From Flavobacterium sp. (GTDB lineage Bacteria; Bacteroidota; Bacteroidia; Flavobacteriales; Flavobacteriaceae), in NCBI RefSeq assembly GCF_044341185.1, contig NZ_JBIISE010000002.1, positions 25,205-89,204 on the forward strand: a stretch of 64,000 nt of DNA. Reading direction: 5' to 3'. The notes beneath the pieces were generated by a model. That model was given only the letters and a program-made list of their open reading frames with translations. It ran no database searches and was not told where the DNA came from. Shown here piece by piece: positions 27,783 through 38,400 of this stretch (its first letter is position 1; every line of letters begins with the position of its first letter). Made by a program: the position numbers and the translations under genes.

Positions 27783-28802
27783 ATGAAAGTAACCATAGAC
27801 GGACAAAGCGTTGAAGTAGAACCAGGAACAACTATCCTGCAAGCTGCACGTATGATTGGAGGCGATTTAGTGCCACCAGCCATGTGTTATTATTCTAAAT
27901 TAAAAGGAAGCGGTGGAAAATGTCGTTGCTGTTTAGTAGAAGTGGCAAAAGGTAGCGAAGCTGATCCAAGACCTATGCCAAAATTAATGGCATCTTGTGT
28001 TACAGGATGTATGGATGGTATGGAAGTGAATAGCAAAAATTCAGATAGAGTAACAGAAGCAAGAAAATCTGTAACCGAATTTTTATTAATTAATCACCCT
28101 TTAGATTGCCCTGTTTGTGACCAAGCCGGAGAATGTAATTTACAAGATTTAAGTTTCGAACACGGTAAATCAGAAACACGTTTCATTGAAGAAAAAAGAA
28201 CTTTTGAACCAGAAAACATAGGCGATAAAATTCAATTACACATGAACCGTTGTATTCTATGTCAACGTTGTACGACTTTAGCGGATCAATTAACAGATAA
28301 AAGAGTTCACGGTGTTTTAAATCGTGGAGACCATGCACAAATTTCAACTTGTGTTTCTGCTGCGATTGATAATGAATTTTCTGGTAACATGATTGATGTT
28401 TGTCCTGTTGGCGCTTTAACAGACAAAACATTCCGTTTCAAAAGTAGAGTTTGGTTTAACAAGCCTTTCAATGCGCACAGAGAATGTACTACTTGTTGCG
28501 GAAAAACTACAGTTTGGATGTTTGGAAACGAAATTCAAAGAATTACGGGTAGAAAAGACCAATATGGTGAAGTAGAAGAATTTATTTGTAACACCTGTCG
28601 TTTCGATAAAAAAGAAGTGTCAGATTGGACAATTGAAGGTCCGAAAAAATTTGCAAAAGATTCTGTTATCAACCAAAATAATTATACACGTACTTTGGAA
28701 AAAGTAAATATAGATACAGAAAAAAACATATTATTAGGCCGCGATGAAGATCGTACTAAAATTAGTATGTCAGGTGTTCCATTAAAAAATACAAATAACT
28801 AA
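27783..28802 (+). CDS. nuoG: NADH-quinone oxidoreductase subunit G, short form (Fe-S domains only)
   Basis: 2Fe-2S region CYYSKLKGSGGKCRCCLVE, plus HPLDCPVCDQAGECNLQD, CILCQRC and CPVGALT. At only 339 aa it lacks the molybdopterin-oxidoreductase-like C-terminal domain. Confidence 0.88.
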   Translation: MKVTIDGQSVEVEPGTTILQAARMIGGDLVPPAMCYYSKLKGSGGKCRCCLVEVAKGSEADPRPMPKLMASCVTGCMDGMEVNSKNSDRVTEARKSVTEFLLINHPLDCPVCDQAGECNLQDLSFEHGKSETRFIEEKRTFEPENIGDKIQLHMNRCILCQRCTTLADQLTDKRVHGVLNRGDHAQISTCVSAAIDNEFSGNMIDVCPVGALTDKTFRFKSRVWFNKPFNAHRECTTCCGKTTVWMFGNEIQRITGRKDQYGEVEEFICNTCRFDKKEVSDWTIEGPKKFAKDSVINQNNYTRTLEKVNIDTEKNILLGRDEDRTKISMSGVPLKNTNN

Positions 28803-29833
28803 TGGATAGTGCATTTATCATAGAAAAAAGTGTCATCATAGTTGTTGTTTTTGCATTAACTATGCTAATGGCTATGTATTCCACTTGGGCAGAACGTAAA
28901 GTAGCTGCTTTTTTACAAGACCGTGTGGGTCCAAACCGTGCAGGTTGGGGTGGATTATTACAACCGCTTGCCGATGGTGCCAAATTATTTACCAAAGAAG
29001 AATTTTTTCCAAACACACCAAATAGATTTTTATTTATTTTAGGACCTGCAATAGCAATGAGTACGGCATTAATTACAAGTGCAGTTATTCCATGGGGAGA
29101 TAAAATTCACGTTTTTGGAAGAGATGTTATTCTTCAAGCTACAGATATTGATGTCTCGATTTTGTATGTTTTTGGTGTATTGTCAATTGGTGTATATGGA
29201 ATAATGATTGGTGCTTGGGCATCAAACAACAAATACTCATTAATGTCTGCCGTTCGTGCTTCTTCACAAATGATTTCTTACGAAGTGGCGATGGGATTAG
29301 CTATAATTTCCATATTAATGATGTCAGGTTCTTTATCTCTGAAAGCTATTACAGAAATGCAAACAACGGGTGGTTGGAATGTAATTTATCAACCTGTAGC
29401 ATTCTTAATTTTCTTAATTTGTTCGTTTGCAGAAACAAACAGAACACCTTTTGATTTGGCAGAATGTGAATCGGAATTAATTGGAGGATATCATACCGAA
29501 TATTCATCAATGAAAATGGGATTTTATTTATTTGCTGAATATGCAAATATGTTTATTTCAGCAACAATTATTTCAGTTATTTTCTTTGGTGGCTATCATT
29601 TTCCATTCATGGCAGAATGTAAAGAAGCAATTGGAATAAATTTAACAGCACTTATCGGTTTTATAGCATTATTCGCAAAAATATGTTTCTTCATCTTTTT
29701 CTACATGTGGGTAAGATGGACGATTCCACGTTTCAGATACGATCAATTGATGCATTTGGGTTGGAAAATATTAATACCATTAGCGGTTATTAATATTATT
29801 ATTACAGGAATTGTAATGGTTTTATTTAATTAG
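28802..29833 (+). CDS. nuoH: NADH-quinone oxidoreductase subunit H
   Basis: AERKVAAFLQDRVGPNR, ETNRTPFDLAECESEL and RYDQLM are ND1/NuoH signatures. Confidence 0.95.
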   Translation: MDSAFIIEKSVIIVVVFALTMLMAMYSTWAERKVAAFLQDRVGPNRAGWGGLLQPLADGAKLFTKEEFFPNTPNRFLFILGPAIAMSTALITSAVIPWGDKIHVFGRDVILQATDIDVSILYVFGVLSIGVYGIMIGAWASNNKYSLMSAVRASSQMISYEVAMGLAIISILMMSGSLSLKAITEMQTTGGWNVIYQPVAFLIFLICSFAETNRTPFDLAECESELIGGYHTEYSSMKMGFYLFAEYANMFISATIISVIFFGGYHFPFMAECKEAIGINLTALIGFIALFAKICFFIFFYMWVRWTIPRFRYDQLMHLGWKILIPLAVINIIITGIVMVLFN

Positions 29834-29840
29834 TAAGAAA

Positions 29841-30386
29841 ATGTCAATACAACAAATATCATTATCAGGAAGAAAAATGGAAGTTTCCAATAAGGAAATG
29901 ACATTCTTAGAACGAATTTACGTTTGGACAATTCTGAAAGGATTATGGACTACTCTTAAACATTTGTTTAGAAGAAAAGTAACCATAAAATATCCTGAAG
30001 AAGTTCGCGAAATGAGTCCAGTAGCTCGTTTACAACATATGCTAATGCGTGACGACCAAGGTAGAGAAAGATGTACCGCTTGCGGATTATGTGCCTTATC
30101 TTGTCCTGCAGAAGCCATCACAATGAAAGCTGCAGAAAGAAAAGTAGAAGAAAAGCATTTGTATAGAGAAGAAAAATATGCCGAAATATATGAAATAAAT
30201 ATGTTGCGTTGTATTTTCTGTGGTTTATGTGAAGAAGCGTGTCCTAAAGAAGCCATTTACTTAACAAAATCTAAAAAAATTGTCAATTCTGGTTACGAAA
30301 GAGAAGATTTCATCTACGGAAAAGACAAACTGGTGATGCCTTTAGAAATGGCTATCAAAAACACGCAAACTAATACCGTAAATTAA
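29841..30386 (+). CDS. nuoI: NADH-quinone oxidoreductase subunit I
   Basis: Two ferredoxin-type motifs, CTACGLCALSCP and CIFCGLCEEACP. Confidence 0.93.
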   Translation: MSIQQISLSGRKMEVSNKEMTFLERIYVWTILKGLWTTLKHLFRRKVTIKYPEEVREMSPVARLQHMLMRDDQGRERCTACGLCALSCPAEAITMKAAERKVEEKHLYREEKYAEIYEINMLRCIFCGLCEEACPKEAIYLTKSKKIVNSGYEREDFIYGKDKLVMPLEMAIKNTQTNTVN

Positions 30387-30388
30387 TT

Positions 30389-30892
30389 ATGTTAGAAATA
30401 GTTTTTTATATATTATCAGCCGTAACATTAGGAACTGCTTTCTTAACAGTTTTTAGTAAAAACGCTATTCATAGTGCTATTTATTTAGTAATATGCTTTT
30501 TCTCATTAGCAGGACATTACTTACTTTTTAATGCGCAATTTTTGGCTATCGTACATATTATAGTGTATGCAGGAGCTATTATGGTATTATTGTTATTTAC
30601 CTTAATGCTTATGAATTTAGACAAAGAAGACGAAACATCTAAACCACTTTATGCAAAACTTGCAGCCGTTTTTTCAGCTGGAATTTTAGGATTGGTTTTA
30701 ATTGCAGCACTTCGTAAAGCACAACCAGAAAATATAGAATATGTAAATTCTGGTGTAGATTACCAATCTATTAAAGTTTTAGGTAATGTATTATTAAACG
30801 AATACCAAGTTCCATTCGAATTTGCATCTGTTTTATTACTTGTATCTATGATTGGTGCCGTTTTAATTTCTAAAAAAGAAGAAAAAATTTAA
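30389..30892 (+). CDS. nuoJ: NADH-quinone oxidoreductase subunit J
   Basis: 167-aa membrane protein. [13 protein letters not shown] pattern and its position in the operon. Confidence 0.88.
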   Translation: MLEIVFYILSAVTLGTAFLTVFSKNAIHSAIYLVICFFSLAGHYLLFNAQFLAIVHIIVYAGAIMVLLLFTLMLMNLDKEDETSKPLYAKLAAVFSAGILGLVLIAALRKAQPENIEYVNSGVDYQSIKVLGNVLLNEYQVPFEFASVLLLVSMIGAVLISKKEEKI

Positions 30893-30894
30893 TT

Positions 30895-31212
30895 ATGAAC
30901 ATATTAGAACACGTTGGTATTGGAAACTACATTACACTTTCAGCATTGCTGTTTTGTATTGGTGCGTTTGGACTTCTATACAGAAGAAATGCCATAATCA
31001 TGTTTATGTCAATTGAAATTATGTTAAATGCTGTCAACTTACTTTTGGTTGCTTTTTCTTCGTATCATGAAGATCCATCTGGGCAAGTATTTGTGTTTTT
31101 CACTATGGCCGTTGCCGCAGCTGAAGTTGCTGTAGGATTAGCCATATTAGTTTCAGTATTCAGAAATATTGGAAATATTGACATCGATAATTTAAAAAAT
31201 CTAAAAGGATAA
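30895..31212 (+). CDS. nuoK: NADH-quinone oxidoreductase subunit K
   Basis: 105 aa, 3 [13 protein letters not shown] and [12 protein letters not shown]. Confidence 0.9.
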   Translation: MNILEHVGIGNYITLSALLFCIGAFGLLYRRNAIIMFMSIEIMLNAVNLLLVAFSSYHEDPSGQVFVFFTMAVAAAEVAVGLAILVSVFRNIGNIDIDNLKNLKG

Positions 31213-31218
31213 TTCTAA

Positions 31219-33123
31219 ATGAATACTACAATATTACTCTTATTATTTGCACCGTTAGTTGGTTTTTTAATCAACACATTCTTTGGTAAATCATTAGGAA
31301 AAACAATTTCTGGTGTACTAGGAACAACAGCAATTGTTGTGTCTTTTTTATGTGCGATTTGTTTATTCTCTCAAATTAATGCTAATGGGAAATCATTTAC
31401 TTTTCATTTGGCAGATTGGTTTTCAATTGGAAACATTAAAATAAATTTTTCTTTCTTATTCGATCAATTATCTGTTTTATGGTTATTGTTTGTAACAGGA
31501 ATTGGATCATTAATTCATTTATATTCAATCAGCTATATGCATGAAGATGAAAATATGCATAAATTTTTCTCCTATTTAAATTTGTTTGTATTTTTCATGA
31601 TTGCTTTAGTGGCTGGAAGTAACTTATTAATTATGTTCATTGGTTGGGAAGGCGTAGGTTTATGTTCGTACTTACTAATCGGATTTTGGTATAAAAACCA
31701 AGATTATAATGATGCAGCGAAAAAAGCGTTCATTATGAACCGTATTGGAGATTTAGGTTTCTTAATTGGAATATTTATTTTAGGTAAATGGTTTAATACA
31801 TTAGATTTTGTAGAATTAAAAGAGGCCATTACACATCTTTTAGATATGCCATTTACGACAGAAACGGAATTGACTTTATCAATCGCAGCTTTATGTTTAT
31901 TCATTGGAGCTTGTGGAAAATCGGCACAATTACCTTTAGCTACGTGGTTACCAGATGCTATGGCTGGACCAACACCTGTTTCTGCATTAATTCACGCAGC
32001 AACGATGGTAACAGCAGGTATCTTTATGATTACCAGAATGAATTTCTTATTCGATTTAACACCAGAAATTCAAAACGTAATTGCAATCGTTGGTGCTATC
32101 ACTGCAATTGTAGCTGCATCAATTGGTTTGGTTCAAAACGATATTAAAAAAGTATTAGCTTATTCTACCGTTTCGCAATTAGGATTAATGTTTTTAGCAT
32201 TAGGTTTAGGCGCGTATGAAGTAGCGGTTTTTCACGTAATTACGCACGCTTTCTTTAAAGCTTGTTTGTTCTTAGGTTCAGGTTCTGTAATTCACGCGTT
32301 ACAGGGAGAACAAGATATGAGAAATATGGGTGGTTTAAGAAAAGTGATGCCGATTACGTTCTGGACGATGATGATATCAACTTTAGCTATTTCAGGTATT
32401 TTTCCTTTCTCTGGTTTCTGGTCTAAAGACGAAATTTTAATGACAGCTTTTCATAGTAACATTCCTTTATGGGTTGTTGGTTCGATTGCTTCTATTATGA
32501 CCGCTTTTTATATGTTCCGATTGATGTATTTAACTTTCTTCAACGACTTTAGAGGAACGGAAGAACAAAAACATCATTTACACGAAAGTCCTGCTTTAAT
32601 AACTATTCCATTAGTAATTTTAGCAACATTGGCCGCAATTGGTGGTGCAATTAGTTTACCAGGACACAGTTGGTTAAATCATTATTTAGCGCCATTATTC
32701 GCACATAAATCACACGAAGCCCATACTTTAGGAACAACTGAATATACGTTAATGGCAGTGGCAACTATTGGAGCCTTATTAGGAATCGCAATAGCTTACT
32801 CTAAATATTTAAAGAAAAAAGAAATTCCAGTTGCCGATTCAGAAGTTAAAGGTATACACAAAGTTTTATCTAATAAATATTATTTAGATGAAATTTATAT
32901 GGCAACAATTGTGAAACCAATCTATATGATATCCAATTTTGCTAAAAAATATGTGGAGAAATTTATTTCACAAGCAGTTATTGGAATAGGTGGTGCAACA
33001 TATGCATTATCTATTAAAGGGAAGAAAATTCAAAATGGTAATATTGGTGTGTATTTATTTGCATTCATATTCGGAATGGTTGGGTTTTTAGTTTATGTAT
33101 TTATAATTCGAGATGTAAAATAA
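31219..33123 (+). CDS. nuoL: NADH-quinone oxidoreductase subunit L
   Basis: 634-aa Mrp-antiporter-like subunit. WEGVGLCSYLLIGFW, AGPTPVSALIHAATMVTAG and VLAYSTVSQLG. Confidence 0.93.
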   Translation: MNTTILLLLFAPLVGFLINTFFGKSLGKTISGVLGTTAIVVSFLCAICLFSQINANGKSFTFHLADWFSIGNIKINFSFLFDQLSVLWLLFVTGIGSLIHLYSISYMHEDENMHKFFSYLNLFVFFMIALVAGSNLLIMFIGWEGVGLCSYLLIGFWYKNQDYNDAAKKAFIMNRIGDLGFLIGIFILGKWFNTLDFVELKEAITHLLDMPFTTETELTLSIAALCLFIGACGKSAQLPLATWLPDAMAGPTPVSALIHAATMVTAGIFMITRMNFLFDLTPEIQNVIAIVGAITAIVAASIGLVQNDIKKVLAYSTVSQLGLMFLALGLGAYEVAVFHVITHAFFKACLFLGSGSVIHALQGEQDMRNMGGLRKVMPITFWTMMISTLAISGIFPFSGFWSKDEILMTAFHSNIPLWVVGSIASIMTAFYMFRLMYLTFFNDFRGTEEQKHHLHESPALITIPLVILATLAAIGGAISLPGHSWLNHYLAPLFAHKSHEAHTLGTTEYTLMAVATIGALLGIAIAYSKYLKKKEIPVADSEVKGIHKVLSNKYYLDEIYMATIVKPIYMISNFAKKYVEKFISQAVIGIGGATYALSIKGKKIQNGNIGVYLFAFIFGMVGFLVYVFIIRDVK

Positions 33124-34553
33124 TGGATATTAGTATCGTTTTAATTGTATTATTAGTTGGCGCAATTGTCACCTATTTATCAGGGAACAAGTTCGCACCT
33201 AAAATAGCTTTAGTTTCAAGTATTGCTGCTTTCGGAGTGACACTATTATGTTTAAATGCTTATCAAGCAGGTGAAAATTTAGATGTAAATACATCTTGGA
33301 TTACTCAACTAAACATAAACTTCGCCTTACACGTTGATGGTTTATCTTTAGTGATGTTATTATTAACAACTGGATTATTACCCTTAATTATCTTATCTGG
33401 ATTTATTACAAAATTTGAAAATTCAAGATCTATTTATGCATTAATGCTATTTATGGGATTTGCAATGGCAGGAACGTTTTTAGCCTCTGATGGAATTTTA
33501 TATTACATTTTTTGGGAAATTGCATTAATTCCAATTTATTTTATTGCCTTAAATTGGGGTAACGGTGATTTGGAAGAACGTAAGAAAGCGATTTTAAAAT
33601 TCTTTATTTACACGTTTGCCGGATCCTTATTTATGCTTTTAGCTTTCATTTACTTGTACACAAAAGGTGGTAGTTTTGATATCAATAAATTATATGCATT
33701 ACAACTAACAACTTCAGAAAAAACATATATTTTCGTTGCTTTCTTTTTAGCATATGCTATTAAAATTCCTTTGATTCCTTTTCATACTTGGCAAGCTAAC
33801 ACGTATAGCAAAGCGCCTGCTGTAGGTACGATGTTATTGTCTGGGATTATGTTGAAAATGGGATTATATAGTGTGTTAAGATGGCAATTGCCGTTAACGG
33901 ATGAAGTAGCAAAAGCACACATTCCATATATTGTTGCATTATCAATTGCAGGAATTATTTATGGTGCGATTGTAACATTAAAACAAAAAGACATTAAAAA
34001 GTTTTTAGCCTATTCTTCTTTATCACACGTTGGACTGATAGCTGCTGGTTTATACTCTTTAACTTTTGAAGGATTTCAAGGTGCAGTTTTACAAATGCTT
34101 TCTCACGGAATTGTAATTGTTGGATTATTTTATGTTGTAGAATTAATTTATAACCGATACAACACCTACGAAATTAAAGAAATGGGCGGAATCAGAATTC
34201 AAGATACTTATTTTGCTTCATTATTTATGATAATAATGTTAGCCTCTGTTGCGTTACCAACTACATTTAATTTTATTGGCGAATTTAATTTACTTTACAG
34301 TTTATTTAAAGTAAACATTTGGTACGCGGTAGTAGCAGGTACAACAATTATTTTAGGCGCATTTTATATGTTACGAATGTTTCAAAAAGTAATGTTAGGA
34401 TCAGAAACAAAATCATTTCAAAGAATAACAAATCAAGAAAGCATTGTATTAGTAATAATTGTAGGTTTAACAATTTTCTTCGGATTATTTCCACAACCAA
34501 TTATCGATTTAATTACGCCAAGTTTACAATCAATTTTAACTCAAATTAAATAA
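33123..34553 (+). CDS. nuoM: NADH-quinone oxidoreductase subunit M
   Basis: 476-aa antiporter-like subunit. FHTWQANTYSKAPAVGTMLLSG and LAYSSLSHVG. ATGA start/stop overlap with nuoL. Confidence 0.92.
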   Translation: MDISIVLIVLLVGAIVTYLSGNKFAPKIALVSSIAAFGVTLLCLNAYQAGENLDVNTSWITQLNINFALHVDGLSLVMLLLTTGLLPLIILSGFITKFENSRSIYALMLFMGFAMAGTFLASDGILYYIFWEIALIPIYFIALNWGNGDLEERKKAILKFFIYTFAGSLFMLLAFIYLYTKGGSFDINKLYALQLTTSEKTYIFVAFFLAYAIKIPLIPFHTWQANTYSKAPAVGTMLLSGIMLKMGLYSVLRWQLPLTDEVAKAHIPYIVALSIAGIIYGAIVTLKQKDIKKFLAYSSLSHVGLIAAGLYSLTFEGFQGAVLQMLSHGIVIVGLFYVVELIYNRYNTYEIKEMGGIRIQDTYFASLFMIIMLASVALPTTFNFIGEFNLLYSLFKVNIWYAVVAGTTIILGAFYMLRMFQKVMLGSETKSFQRITNQESIVLVIIVGLTIFFGLFPQPIIDLITPSLQSILTQIK

Positions 34554-34566
34554 TAATCATCATAAA

Positions 34567-35934
34567 ATGACTACATTAATTGCTATAATAGGAATCGGAA
34601 TATTTTGTTTATTAGCAGAAATAATGAATCTAAAAAAGATTATTATTCCTGTATCAATAATCGCCTTAATGGCATTATTTGGTGTAAACTTAATTGATGA
34701 ATTACCTGAAATATCAGGTTACGAATCTATGATAATTTCAGATAAATTTGCAAAAGCATTTTCAAGTTTATTTATTTTATTAACGGCTTTGCTTATTTTA
34801 ATGAGTGCGCCGAGCTACAAAAACAGTTCAAAATTATCAGATTTTATTTCGATAAAAATATTTATGCTTTCTGGAGCAGTGGCAATGGTAAGTTTCAGTA
34901 ATTTAGCTATGTTTTTCTTAGGAATTGAAGTGTTATCTATTGGATTATATGTATTAGCAGGAAGTGATAGATTAAACATAAAAAGTAATGAAGCCGGTAT
35001 GAAATACTTTTTAATGGGTTCTTTTGCTTCAGGTATTTTATTATTTGGAATTACGATGTTATACGGTGCAACAGGTACTTTTGATATCGGAACATTATAC
35101 GAAGCATCAATTTCTGCAAGTACTGAATTTTGGTTTTACATAGGTGTGATTTTAATTACAATTGGAATGCTATTTAAAGTAGCCGCTACACCAATGCATT
35201 TCTGGGCTCCAGATGTGTATGAAGGTTCTCCAACTCAAGTAACGGCAATAATGAGTACGTTAGCTAAAGTTGCTGCTATGGCTTCCTTCTTTAAATTGAT
35301 TACGATATTAAACAGCCAAATGCTTTACAGTTATACACAAGTAATAGTTGTAGTGGTAATTGCAACTATGTTATTTGGAAACGTAATGGCACTTCGTCAG
35401 AAAAAAATAAAAAGAGTTATTGCATATTCAGGAGTTTCTCATACCGGATTTATGCTTTTAACTTTATTAAACATAAATGCCGCAGAAAACAATTTATTAT
35501 TTTACGCCGCATCCTATGCAATAGCAGGATTAGCAGCATTTTCAGTAATTCTATTTGTTACTAAAAATGAAGACAATGATTTCATAGACAACTTTAATGG
35601 CTTAGGTAAAAAAAATCCATTAATGGCTTTTATTATTACCATTGCTTTATTATCAATGGCTGGAATTCCAATTTTAGCTGGATTTTTTGCTAAGTTTTTC
35701 TTGTTAAATCAAATAATCGCAAGTGGTTTTATTGGATTGGCAATTGTTGCTATTATTAATTCAATGATAGCTGTATACTACTATTTTAAAATAGTAATTG
35801 CTATGTATACAAAAGAACCTACTTATGGCAAAGAATACGCTAATCATTCAGAATATTATATAGTTGGAATAGTTGCTACAGTACTATTAATTCTGATAGG
35901 AATTTTCCCAGATTCGATACTGAATTTAATATAA
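34567..35934 (+). CDS. nuoN: NADH-quinone oxidoreductase subunit N
   Basis: 455-aa antiporter-like subunit. HFWAPDVYEGSPTQVTA and IAYSGVSHTG. Last gene of the operon. Confidence 0.92.
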   Translation: MTTLIAIIGIGIFCLLAEIMNLKKIIIPVSIIALMALFGVNLIDELPEISGYESMIISDKFAKAFSSLFILLTALLILMSAPSYKNSSKLSDFISIKIFMLSGAVAMVSFSNLAMFFLGIEVLSIGLYVLAGSDRLNIKSNEAGMKYFLMGSFASGILLFGITMLYGATGTFDIGTLYEASISASTEFWFYIGVILITIGMLFKVAATPMHFWAPDVYEGSPTQVTAIMSTLAKVAAMASFFKLITILNSQMLYSYTQVIVVVVIATMLFGNVMALRQKKIKRVIAYSGVSHTGFMLLTLLNINAAENNLLFYAASYAIAGLAAFSVILFVTKNEDNDFIDNFNGLGKKNPLMAFIITIALLSMAGIPILAGFFAKFFLLNQIIASGFIGLAIVAIINSMIAVYYYFKIVIAMYTKEPTYGKEYANHSEYYIVGIVATVLLILIGIFPDSILNLI

Positions 35935-35944
35935 GAAATAAGAG

Positions 35945-35972
35945 AGTCCAAATTTACATTTGGACTTTTTTT
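35945..35972 (+). terminator. Rho-independent terminator of the nuo operon
   Basis: agtccaaat (35945-35953) pairs with atttggact (35958-35966) across the loop ttac, followed by T6-7. Confidence 0.75.
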
Positions 35973-37122
35973 ACAACTCAATTAAAACAGAAACAGCATT
36001 ACCGCCAAATCCAACGGCATTTACCAATACACTTTTTAATTTCTTAGTCGTATTTTGATTTTTATAAAAAGGGGATTCAATGAAATGTTGATTTTGAAGC
36101 ATTAATATAGCCAATTCTATACTTAATAATCCAGAAGTAGCAAACGTATGCCCTACTTTCCACTTATTTGAAGTTAACAAAGGTAAATTGTTACCAAACA
36201 CTTTTTTTATAGCTTCAAACTCCGTTTTATCACCCTGAATAGTTCCAGGTGCGTGCATTACTATCGCATCTATATCATCAACGACATAGCTCCCAATAGC
36301 CATTTTCATCGATTTTTGAAAACATTCTGCCTCAGTTGAAATAGAAGTACTACTTGATAAAATTTCTGTGGCAAAGCCAATTCCTGTAATTTTTGCAATT
36401 GCTTTTTCTGAATTAAGTGATAATGATAAACAAGCTGCCGCTTCACCCAAAACCATAGTATTTGAAGCTTTTTCTAAATCCAAACATCTATTGGCTAAAG
36501 CAGTATCTTCATTAGAATACACTTTTAAGGCCGTCATTTGACTTAACGTAAATGGTGTTAAAGGTGCTTCACTTGCCCCAACTAAAAACTCATTGCTCAT
36601 TCCCGATTGCAACCAAGCAATTCCGTTTAACAAAGCGTGTAAACCTGTAGAACAAGTAATAGAATGGGAGATTTCTGGGCCATCTGTTTGTAAATCGTGC
36701 GACACCCAACTCGAAATATTACCTAAAGTTGTAGCTGGAGAGGTAAACGAAGAAACCGATCCTTCATTAATAAAATCAGTATGGTACTTTTCAAATAATA
36801 AAGTGGCGCCTCGAGAAGAACCAAAATTAATTCCAATATTTTTTTTGGAAAAATTACAGTTTTCAAAGCATTTTCTGGCAACCAAAATCGACATTACTAC
36901 CGATTTATCTAGATGTTTATATTTTGAATCTGAACTTATAATAGTATTTAAAAAAGTAATTTCTTTATCTGAAAATTTAGAAACCCAATATTCTTTTTTA
37001 TTGGCTGTCAGCTTTTGAAACAATGAATTTTTCTGCAAATAATTGGCCCAAATTTCGGCAGAAGTAATTCCTAATGCAGATATAGAAGCAATTGAATGTA
37101 TATAAACGGGTTGTTTTAACAT
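35971..37122 (-). CDS. Beta-ketoacyl synthase, KAS I/II (FabB/FabF)-like, last gene of the biotin operon
   Basis: 383 aa. Thiolase-fold condensing enzyme with putative Cys-His-His contexts SITCSTGLHA, VMHAPGTIQGD and KVGHTFATSG, and the C-terminal NAVGFGGNAVSVLIE. Its start overlaps the bioA stop by 7 nt. Confidence 0.8.
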   Translation of the reverse strand: MLKQPVYIHSIASISALGITSAEIWANYLQKNSLFQKLTANKKEYWVSKFSDKEITFLNTIISSDSKYKHLDKSVVMSILVARKCFENCNFSKKNIGINFGSSRGATLLFEKYHTDFINEGSVSSFTSPATTLGNISSWVSHDLQTDGPEISHSITCSTGLHALLNGIAWLQSGMSNEFLVGASEAPLTPFTLSQMTALKVYSNEDTALANRCLDLEKASNTMVLGEAAACLSLSLNSEKAIAKITGIGFATEILSSSTSISTEAECFQKSMKMAIGSYVVDDIDAIVMHAPGTIQGDKTEFEAIKKVFGNNLPLLTSNKWKVGHTFATSGLLSIELAILMLQNQHFIESPFYKNQNTTKKLKSVLVNAVGFGGNAVSVLIEL

Positions 37123-38393
37123 GGAATCTCGTTTAAAGCTTGTTCGATAGTGTTATAAATTTGTTGTAAACTTTCTTTTGAAATAATGTAAGATGGTAAA
37201 ATATAAATCACATTGCCGACTGGTCGTAAAATAACACCTTTATCTATAAAAAAATTATAAAATTGATTGCGCAAATTACTATAATACGATTGTTTTTCAG
37301 AAACCTGAATTTCTAAAGCAAAAATAACCCCTAAAACACGAGTAGATTTTACCTTTGAATGTTTAGAAATATGTTTTTCAAACTCAAGATGCGAATTGTT
37401 AATTCTATTGATATTTTCATAAGTATCAGGCTTTTCTAATAAAGAAATACTCGCTAAAGCTGCCGCACAACCTGTTGGATTTGCCGTAAATGTGTGCCCG
37501 TGTAATAATGCTTGATTCACGTTATCACTCACAAAACCATCAAAAATTTCTTGTGAAAAAGTCGTTATCGCCATTGGAATTGTGCCACCCGTAAGTGCTT
37601 TACTCAAACACATCATATCGGGTTGGTTTTTCAAATAATCACAAGCGAAAAGTTTTCCTGTTTTTCCAAATCCTGTCATCACTTCATCTGCAATGGTGAA
37701 AACGTTATTTTTCTTACAAAATGAAAGCAACTTGTCTAATTCAGCAGCATCGTACATAACCATTCCAGCAGCACCTAAAACCAAAGGTTCGAAAATAAAA
37801 GCAGCGACTTCATTTTCAGAAATTGCTTTTTCTAATGCTAATTTAGAAATTTCTTCATTGCCCTTTGTAGGTACTGGAATTCGGATTACATTAATTAATG
37901 CTTCTTGAAACGCTTCGGTAAACAAGCCAATACCACTTACTGCCATAGCTCCAAAAGTATCCCCGTGAAAAGCATCCTCAAAAGCAATTATGGTGTTTTT
38001 TTTAATTCCTTTATTATAATGATATTGAAAGGAAGCTTTTATAGCCACTTCCACTGCCGTAGAACCATTATCAGAATAAAAGAACTTTCTTTGATTTGAA
38101 GGTAAAATTTCAACTAACTTTTCAGCTAATTCTACTACGACATTATGCGTGAAACCACCAAATAAAACGTGCTCTAACGTCGTAAGTTGTTTGTAAATAG
38201 CATCGGCAATAATCGTATTACTATGCCCGAAGGGATTCACCCACCAAGACGCAATAGCATCGATATATTGCTTCCCGTTTTCGTCCCATAAAAATTCGTC
38301 TTTCCCTTTTACAATTGCAGGAAAATGCGAATTTATTTTATGTTGTGTATACGGATGCCAGTTATATAAACTATCTTTTTCTGAAAGTGTCAT
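37116..38393 (-). CDS. bioA: Adenosylmethionine--8-amino-7-oxononanoate transaminase
   Basis: 425-aa class III aminotransferase. FYSDNGSTAVEVAIK, the ADEVMTGFGKTGKLFA context and the PLP-Lys region CLSKALTGG. bio gene neighbours. Confidence 0.9.
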   Translation of the reverse strand: MTLSEKDSLYNWHPYTQHKINSHFPAIVKGKDEFLWDENGKQYIDAIASWWVNPFGHSNTIIADAIYKQLTTLEHVLFGGFTHNVVVELAEKLVEILPSNQRKFFYSDNGSTAVEVAIKASFQYHYNKGIKKNTIIAFEDAFHGDTFGAMAVSGIGLFTEAFQEALINVIRIPVPTKGNEEISKLALEKAISENEVAAFIFEPLVLGAAGMVMYDAAELDKLLSFCKKNNVFTIADEVMTGFGKTGKLFACDYLKNQPDMMCLSKALTGGTIPMAITTFSQEIFDGFVSDNVNQALLHGHTFTANPTGCAAALASISLLEKPDTYENINRINNSHLEFEKHISKHSKVKSTRVLGVIFALEIQVSEKQSYYSNLRNQFYNFFIDKGVILRPVGNVIYILPSYIISKESLQQIYNTIEQALNEIPC

Positions 38394-38400
38394 TTTTTTT

